From a bacterium (lineage in GTDB: Bacteria > Patescibacteriota > Minisyncoccia > Phycocordibacterales > Phycocordibacteraceae), in assembly GCA_021789225.1 (NCBI GenBank), contig JAJYJQ010000004.1, positions 1 to 44,160 of the forward strand: a stretch of DNA of 44,160 nt. The letters are read 5' to 3'. Each line of letters begins with the position of its first letter. Position 1 is the stretch's first letter. The notes beneath the pieces are model-generated. The model saw only the letters and a program-made list of their open reading frames with translations. It ran no database searches and was not told the DNA's origin. The translations under genes and the position numbers were made by a program. This document shows, piece after piece, positions 34,290-44,160 of the stretch.

Positions 34290-36238
34290 ACAGCGGCGAT
34301 GACGAGGACAATGATAAGCGCGATGAACATGAAAAGAAGGTATGCCTGCACGACGCCGTTTTGCATGCGGCGCATCGCGCGCGCCGTGCGCAAGACGAGC
34401 GCCGCAATCGGACGGTACGCGTAGCGTTCCCAGAAGGAATCCACGCTCCAGAGGATCCGGCGCTTCGCGATCCACGGATTCGTGGCGACGACCGGCTCAG
34501 CGGTCACCTCCTTTTCGGCAAGAACGATCGCGCGGAAGAAGAAGCGGACCGGCGCAGCGAAACCGGTAGCGGTCTGCTCCATGCGCGGCGTAAGCGGCGT
34601 ACCGCAGTCCCAGGTGCCGGTCACGCGCGCGCCGCGCTCTGACGCGAAGGCGCGCGCGGCGAGAAAGGCCAAGAGCAGCGCGCCGCCGAGGAGAACGAGG
34701 ACGAGCCATGCGTTCATCGCCGCACCCGAGGCGAGCACAGTGCTCGCGAAGAGCGCGTGCGCCGAAAGCGGAGCCTGGGCCGAAAGGAGCGGCAAGACGA
34801 AAAGCCCGGTGCCCAGGAGTGCGAGCGCCCCGAGCGCCGGCGGCACAACGAGCAGGAGCGAGGGTCGCTCCCCTGCCACCGCATGCGCCGCGTGCTCCGA
34901 GCGGGCGCGCCCGAGGAACACCGTGCTGAAGAGCTTCACGAAGGCAAAGGCCGCAAGCCCGCCGACGAGCCCGATGATGCCAAGCACGAGCGCCGCTGCG
35001 ATCGAGGCCGGCAAGGGCGCCGAAAGGCCGAGCACAAGCGCCTGCAGGTACGCCCACTCACCGAAGAACGTGCCGAAAGGCGGCAGCGCTGCGGCTGCGA
35101 GCGAGAGTGCGAGCACCACGCCCGAGAAGACCGGCCACGCAGCCGCGAGCCCGCCGAGCGCGTCGAGGTCGCGGGTGTGCGTCTTCGCGACGATCGTCCC
35201 GGCCGAGAGGAACAAAGAAAGCTTCATCAGTGCGTGATTCAGCGTATGCAAAATGACGAACGTCACCATGCCGGCCGCCATCGCGGATACGAGCGGCGAC
35301 TGCGGCAGCGCGCCAAGCATCACCACTGCACCGACGCCCGAGAAGATAAGACCGAGGTTCTCGATACTGCTCCAAGCCAGAAGGCGCTTCAGATCGTCCT
35401 CGACCGCCGCATGGAGCGCGCCGAAGAACGCCGACAGGAGCCCGAGCGCGATGACGAGCGCCGAAAGCGCGAGCGGAATTCCCGGAAAAAGCGAGACCGA
35501 GAGTATGAAGCCGAAGAGCGCGACCTTGAGCATCACGCCCGAGAGGAGCGCCGAGGCATGGCTGGGCGCCTGCGAGTGCGCTTTCGGGAGCCACTGATGC
35601 AGCGGCACGAGACCCGCTTTCGAACCGAAGCCCGCCAAGAGGAGCACGAACGCGACACCGCGCGCCACACCCGAGAGCTGCGCTGCTGAAGCGGCAACCT
35701 CCTGCCAAGTGGCGAACGGTGCGCCGCCCGCAAGCAAGAGCATGCCGCTGGCGATTGCTGCGAAGCCGAGCTGCGTCATGACGAGGTATTCGACACCTGC
35801 GCGGAAGGCATCCGGCGTGCGCTCCGAAATCACGAGGAAGTACCCCGAGATCGACATAAGCTCCCAGGCGATGAGAAACGCAAGTACGGAAGGAGAAAGC
35901 ACCACCGCCTCCATGCCGATAAGGAATAGCGCGAACGCACTCGCGTGCCAGGCCGAGGCGTACGACTCGCGATAGAGCGGGATGTAGGCGATGGCGTAGA
36001 GCGACGCGAGGAAGGTGCCTATCCCGATGATGCCGAAGAAGAACGCCTGGATCGGTGCGAGCGCGCCTGCAAACGGCCCGACGAAAGAGCCGATGGCCGC
36101 CGCAAGCGCCGAAAGGCCGCCGAGCGCGTAGGCGCCATACGTGATGCGGATACTCTCATCGCTCGATGCGGATACAAACGACGACAGCGCTCCAGCGAGC
36201 GGCAATGCGAACGACACGATGACGAGTCCGGTGAGCAT
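34286..36238 (-). CDS. hyfB: Antiporter-like membrane subunit HyfB/HycC/NuoL-like
   Basis: WELMS, GFGSKAGLVPLH.WLP.AH, KRLLAWSSIEN, NH...K..LF, LPPF..F.GEW, WDCG. Confidence 0.9.
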   Translation of the reverse strand: MLTGLVIVSFALPLAGALSSFVSASSDESIRITYGAYALGGLSALAAAIGSFVGPFAGALAPIQAFFFGIIGIGTFLASLYAIAYIPLYRESYASAWHASAFALFLIGMEAVVLSPSVLAFLIAWELMSISGYFLVISERTPDAFRAGVEYLVMTQLGFAAIASGMLLLAGGAPFATWQEVAASAAQLSGVARGVAFVLLLAGFGSKAGLVPLHQWLPKAHSQAPSHASALLSGVMLKVALFGFILSVSLFPGIPLALSALVIALGLLSAFFGALHAAVEDDLKRLLAWSSIENLGLIFSGVGAVVMLGALPQSPLVSAMAAGMVTFVILHTLNHALMKLSLFLSAGTIVAKTHTRDLDALGGLAAAWPVFSGVVLALSLAAAALPPFGTFFGEWAYLQALVLGLSAPLPASIAAALVLGIIGLVGGLAAFAFVKLFSTVFLGRARSEHAAHAVAGERPSLLLVVPPALGALALLGTGLFVLPLLSAQAPLSAHALFASTVLASGAAMNAWLVLVLLGGALLLAFLAARAFASERGARVTGTWDCGTPLTPRMEQTATGFAAPVRFFFRAIVLAEKEVTAEPVVATNPWIAKRRILWSVDSFWERYAYRPIAALVLRTARAMRRMQNGVVQAYLLFMFIALIIVLVIAAV

Positions 36239-36253
36239 AAGAGGTATGAGAGC

Positions 36254-36778
36254 TTACGAATGTCTGGCGGCGAGAATGGCCGAGCGCAGGCCCACGAGAA
36301 TATCGCGCGGCGAGGGCGGATCGCCCGGGATGACAAAGTCCACAGGAATGACCGCATCTACCGGGCCGACGACCGCGTACGAATCTTTCCAGATACCGCC
36401 GGTCGCAGCGCCGTCGCCAACCGCAACGACGATCTTAGGCGCCGGGGTTTGGTCGTAGGCAGTCTTGAGCGCGTGCGCCATGTTGCGCGTGACCGGGCCA
36501 GAGACCGTCAGGATGTCTGCGTGCCGCGGGGACGCCACGAAGGAGATGCCGAAGCGGTCCGCATCATAAAAGGCGTTCCCGAGCGCGGTGAGCTCGTACT
36601 CTTCCCCGTTGGTTGAGCCGGCATCAACGTGGCGAATGTGGAGCGCGCGTCCGCCGTAGAGCTCTTTGATCGCAGCGCGAAGCGACTCACCGACGTGCTC
36701 GGTCTCCTCTTCCGGGGAAAGTAAAATCGGATCGGGGTGCGATCCGGTCGAGATCATCTTTGCAAACGCAGCTAGCAT
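36254..36778 (-). CDS. hyfI: Small subunit HyfI/HycG/NuoB-like, with no cysteines
   Basis: RHVDAGSTNGEEYE, YD.DRFG..FVASPRHAD.L.V.GPVT.NM, P.PK.VVAVGDGA..GG, IPGDPP.P. Confidence 0.88.
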   Translation of the reverse strand: MLAAFAKMISTGSHPDPILLSPEEETEHVGESLRAAIKELYGGRALHIRHVDAGSTNGEEYELTALGNAFYDADRFGISFVASPRHADILTVSGPVTRNMAHALKTAYDQTPAPKIVVAVGDGAATGGIWKDSYAVVGPVDAVIPVDFVIPGDPPSPRDILVGLRSAILAARHS

Positions 36779-36861
36779 AACAGAAATGTGACATTCGCTA
36801 TACTACGCCTCCCCCGAAAAAAATCCAGGGTGTGCATAACCCACGAGCCAGACAGCCGAGA

Positions 36862-37159
36862 GGCAGCGGGAGGGCATGCTTAGCGAACCAGTTGCGCAGG
36901 CGTCCTTGCATGGTGGTTTGGCATTTCTGGGCTTGCGAGCCGAAGCACGCCGCGTCCGCTCCGCCGGCACATCGAAAAAAGTGACCGCTTCGGGCCGCTA
37001 GACCGAGTCTTAGTCACTTTTTATCGATGGTGCCGGCTCTGCGCCCGCTACGGTAGAGACACGATTGGGCTCGCGATGCCAAACCAAGGACGCTGAAGCA
37101 GAGGGAGCGAGCGGCTGGGCGAGCGAGCGCTGGTTCGCGAAGCATGCCCTCCCGCTGCC
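36862..37159. repeat. 298-bp nested palindrome downstream of rpoD containing a family B core
   Basis: 30-bp outer inverted repeat (29/30), inner GCGTCCTTG/CAAGGACGC and TGGTTTGGCAT/ATGCCAAACCA; core 36964-37036 is homologous to 23133-23204. Confidence 0.85.
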
Positions 37160-37167
37160 GGCGCCAC

Positions 37168-38448
37168 TTAATACGACTTGAGGTGGCGGGATTTTTCGTG
37201 GAGGCGGATCTTTTCGAGCGCTTTGGCTTCGATCTGGCGGATACGCTCGCGCGTGACGCCGAACTCCTTCCCCACTTCTTCGAGCGTGTGGTAAATGCCG
37301 TCGGCAAGGCCGTGGCGCAGCTCGAGAATTTTACGCTCCTTGGGCGAGAGGTCGCCGAGAATGTCGCGCACCTGCATCGCGAGGATGCGCTCCGAAGACT
37401 CCTGCACCGGCGAAGGCACTTTGTCATCGGCAATGAAATCGCCGAGCGTCGAGCGCTCGTCGTCGCCGTCGCCCACCGGGTTTTCGAGCGAGAGCGTGTC
37501 CTGGTTGATCTTCTCGATCTGGTAGATCTTTTCTGGCTCGACACCCATCTCCACGGCCACTTCTTCGGGCTGCGGGTCGCGACCGAGCATCTGCGCGAGG
37601 CGGCGCGAGACCTGCTTGTATTTAGCGATGGTCTCTACCATGTGCACCGGGATACGGATCGTGCGCGACTGGTCGGCGAGCGCGCGCGTGATCGCCTGGC
37701 GAATCCACCAGGTCGCATAGGTCGAAAACTTGTAGCCCTTCTTCCAGTCGAACTTGTCGACCGCCTTGAAGAGACCGAGGTTGCCTTCCTGGATGAGGTC
37801 GAGAAGCGTGAGGTCGGGCGAACGACCGACGTATTTCTTTGCAATGGAGACGACGAGGCGCAGGTTTGAGCGCGCGAGGATGTTGCGTGCTTCTTCATCA
37901 CCCGCCTCGATGCGCTTGGCGAGCTCGCGCTCTTCGGATGCGGTCAGGAGCGGATACTGGCCGATCTCGCGGAGGTAGATCTGGATGGAGTCGTACGAGC
38001 CTGAGTCCCGGCCTTTGATGTTGCGCGTCGCGAGATACTGGTCGGCGCTATCTTCGAGCATGCCGCCTTCGAGGATATCGATGCCCGCCGTCGCGAGGCG
38101 CTCGTACAGGTCTTCGAGAAATGCGACGTCGTTCTCCACGTGCGGGAACTCTTTCAGGATCTCGCTATAGGTGATGTAGCCGCGCTCGCGCCCCTTCGTG
38201 ATGAGCGTTTCGGCTTTCGCATTGCGTGCACCCTGCGCGCGCGGCGGTCGTGCCGTCACCTTCTTTGCAACCGCCTTCTTCACCGGCTTGGCCGATGTTT
38301 TCTTCACCGGCTTCTTCGGCGCGACTTTCTTCGCGACAACCTTTTTCACCGCTTTCTTGGGCGCACGGCTTGAAACCGGCTTCTTCACGCTCGCGCGCTT
38401 CGCCTTCGTGGTGACCACCTTCTTCTTGCTGGGTTTCGATGTCGCCAT
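37168..38448 (-). CDS. rpoD: Primary sigma factor (sigma70/SigA)
   Basis: [60 protein letters not shown]; Lys/Ala-rich N-terminus. Confidence 0.97.
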   Translation of the reverse strand: MATSKPSKKKVVTTKAKRASVKKPVSSRAPKKAVKKVVAKKVAPKKPVKKTSAKPVKKAVAKKVTARPPRAQGARNAKAETLITKGRERGYITYSEILKEFPHVENDVAFLEDLYERLATAGIDILEGGMLEDSADQYLATRNIKGRDSGSYDSIQIYLREIGQYPLLTASEERELAKRIEAGDEEARNILARSNLRLVVSIAKKYVGRSPDLTLLDLIQEGNLGLFKAVDKFDWKKGYKFSTYATWWIRQAITRALADQSRTIRIPVHMVETIAKYKQVSRRLAQMLGRDPQPEEVAVEMGVEPEKIYQIEKINQDTLSLENPVGDGDDERSTLGDFIADDKVPSPVQESSERILAMQVRDILGDLSPKERKILELRHGLADGIYHTLEEVGKEFGVTRERIRQIEAKALEKIRLHEKSRHLKSY

Positions 38449-38479
38449 AGGGTAAGAAAAATTTAATAAATGGACTCGC

Positions 38480-40171
38480 TTACGCGCATGCCGCGATACG
38501 CTTCACGAGCGCCGCGCAACGCTCTTGAGCGCTCGTCTCGGCCACCTCATCGCGTGCTGCCTGCGCGAGACGCAAGGCCCCGAGTGCTGCCGCGTATTGC
38601 TCGTCGAGCCACGCGCGCTCGAAGGCACGGATAAGATCATCTGCAGCCTGCTCCTTCGGCGTTTCTCCGAACTCGATGCCCGCCTCAAATACGGCCTGTT
38701 CAGAGGGTTCGGGCAGCGGTGCCTCACCTACTATCCGAGCGTACTCGCTTTGGATACGCTCTGCAAGCGTGCTCTCGGGATAACTCGCGACAGCCGCCGC
38801 GAGCGCTTCGGCCCGTACTGCTGAAACCGGACGCGCCGGGGCGGCTTCCGCTGCGCGCGACGAGGTGCTCGGTGCGGGCTCATACGCGCGCGGCGGCGCA
38901 GCCGCCGCGCGCGTAAGCGATTCGCGCACCGCCTCCGGAGTCGTCGCGATCGAGCGCGCCACGACGCCCACGAAGTGCTCACGCTCGAGCGGGCTTTTCA
39001 CGGCGGCAATGAGCGGGAGCACCGTCGCCTCGACTGCCTGCACGAGCCGATGCATGTCCGACTCCTTCGCTGCAAGGACTGCAAGGAAGAACTCGACGAC
39101 CGTGGCGGCCTGGGCGACCCGGTTCGCGAACTCCTTCGCGTCGGTCGAGATGAGGTCGGCTGGGTCCTGCCCCTCCGGGAGCGCGACCGCCTTCACACGC
39201 ATCCCCGCGCCAAGCGCAAGGATTGCCGAGCGCGCAGTCGCTGTAAGGCCAGCACGGTCGCCATCCAAGACGAGCATGAGGTTGTCCGTGTAGCGCTTTA
39301 TGAGCGCGAGGTGCTGCTCCGTGAGCGCGGTGCCCGAGAGCGCGATCGCGTTCGTGAAGCCGGCTTGGTGGCAGTGGAGCACGTCCATCTGCCCTTCCAC
39401 CAGGAGCGCGAATCCGCGCGTGCGGATCGCCTCCTTCGCCCGATCCATCCCGAAGATGATCTGCGACTTCCTGAAGAGCTCGGTCTCGGGCGAGTTCAGG
39501 TACTTAGCCTGCTCATCGGCCGAGAGCGCCCGCCCGGTGAAGGCGACCGTACGCCCGGCTGCATCGCGGATCGGGAACATGAGCCGGTTGCGGAAGCGGT
39601 CGTAGAACGTGCCCGGCTTCCCGTCTGCCTCTTTGATGAGGCCGGCCGCGACGAGCTCCTCGGTCGAGAATCCCGCTGCCGTGAGCACCTCGAGAAGTCC
39701 GCGCCAGCCTTCCGGCGCATATCCGAGCCCCCACGCACGGATGGTTTCGTCGGAGAGGCCGCGTTTCTTCGCATAGGCGTAGGCGCTTCCCTCCGGAGAT
39801 AGTGTTGTGGCAAAGAACTGCTCCGCGCGCGCGAGCGCCTCTCGGAGGCGATCGGCGCGCGAATGGTCAGCGCGCGCGCCGACCTCGTAGCGCAACTCGA
39901 CACCTGCCTTCTCCGCGAGGATCTTGAGAGCACCCTTGAAGTCCACGCCCTCCATCTTTTCAACGAACGTGAACAAGTCGCCACCCTGGCCGGATGAGAA
40001 GCAGTGATAGGTGCCGCGCTCCGGCGAGACGAAAAAGGACGGCGTCTTCTCCTTGGTGAAGGGAGACAGTCCTTTCCAGTGCTTGCCGGCGCGGGTCAAC
40101 TTCACATACGGCTGCACCACGTCAAGGATCGAGAGTTTTTCTTTGATCTCCTGAACCGTGTCGCGGCTCAT
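38480..40171 (-). CDS. dnaG: DNA primase
   Basis: [40 protein letters not shown]; start at ATG 40171. Confidence 0.96.
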   Translation of the reverse strand: MSRDTVQEIKEKLSILDVVQPYVKLTRAGKHWKGLSPFTKEKTPSFFVSPERGTYHCFSSGQGGDLFTFVEKMEGVDFKGALKILAEKAGVELRYEVGARADHSRADRLREALARAEQFFATTLSPEGSAYAYAKKRGLSDETIRAWGLGYAPEGWRGLLEVLTAAGFSTEELVAAGLIKEADGKPGTFYDRFRNRLMFPIRDAAGRTVAFTGRALSADEQAKYLNSPETELFRKSQIIFGMDRAKEAIRTRGFALLVEGQMDVLHCHQAGFTNAIALSGTALTEQHLALIKRYTDNLMLVLDGDRAGLTATARSAILALGAGMRVKAVALPEGQDPADLISTDAKEFANRVAQAATVVEFFLAVLAAKESDMHRLVQAVEATVLPLIAAVKSPLEREHFVGVVARSIATTPEAVRESLTRAAAAPPRAYEPAPSTSSRAAEAAPARPVSAVRAEALAAAVASYPESTLAERIQSEYARIVGEAPLPEPSEQAVFEAGIEFGETPKEQAADDLIRAFERAWLDEQYAAALGALRLAQAARDEVAETSAQERCAALVKRIAACA

Positions 40172-40182
40172 CGTGAAGACGG

Positions 40183-43884
<3,702 letters not shown>

Positions 43885-43895
43885 AGTCTAAGGGA

Positions 43896-44160
<265 letters not shown>

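Noticed and set aside
29665-36778. Calling the operon a functional NiFe hydrogenase-4 or formate hydrogenlyase
   Set aside because: Both NiFe-binding CxxC motifs are absent, and no maturation or formate dehydrogenase genes are in the window.
36785-36795. AATGT-G-ACATT palindrome upstream of the Ehr operon as an operator
   Set aside because: Only 5-bp arms, a single occurrence, and no regulator gene nearby.
38240-38440. KKA/KKV/KKP repeats in the RpoD N-terminus as a novel repeat
   Set aside because: Low-complexity Lys/Ala-rich extensions are common on primary sigma factors in several phyla.

Overview
High-GC bacterial chromosomal segment. Gene style (compact operons, leaderless housekeeping genes, RRM protein, DUF1360, GH130 pair, UvrD-PD-(D/E)XK, long Lys/Ala-rich RpoD N-terminus) suggests Patescibacteria/CPR, probably Parcubacteria; this is inference. 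The right end carries rpoB (partial), rpoC, dnaG and rpoD, followed by a six-gene group-4-hydrogenase/complex-I-like (Ehr) operon. Its large subunit has no NiFe ligands, its small subunit has lost all four Fe-S cysteines, and the operon has no ferredoxin subunit. The left and middle carry a GH1 glycosidase, three different P-type ATPases, GT2 and DedA, a lipoprotein module between two paralogous hypotheticals, and a mannoside cluster (cupin, two GH130s, and a phosphomannomutase-like HAD fused in-frame to a P3A H+-ATPase). Also present are prmC, hisS, a DsbA-like protein and a cassette hotspot at the 3' end of the UvrD-nuclease gene. At least five long palindromic elements in two families are dispersed through the window. 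One is inserted exactly in-frame (62 codons) in the UvrD gene, and the copies conserve strand-specific structure rather than sequence. No rRNA, tRNA, CRISPR array or transposase was recognised.
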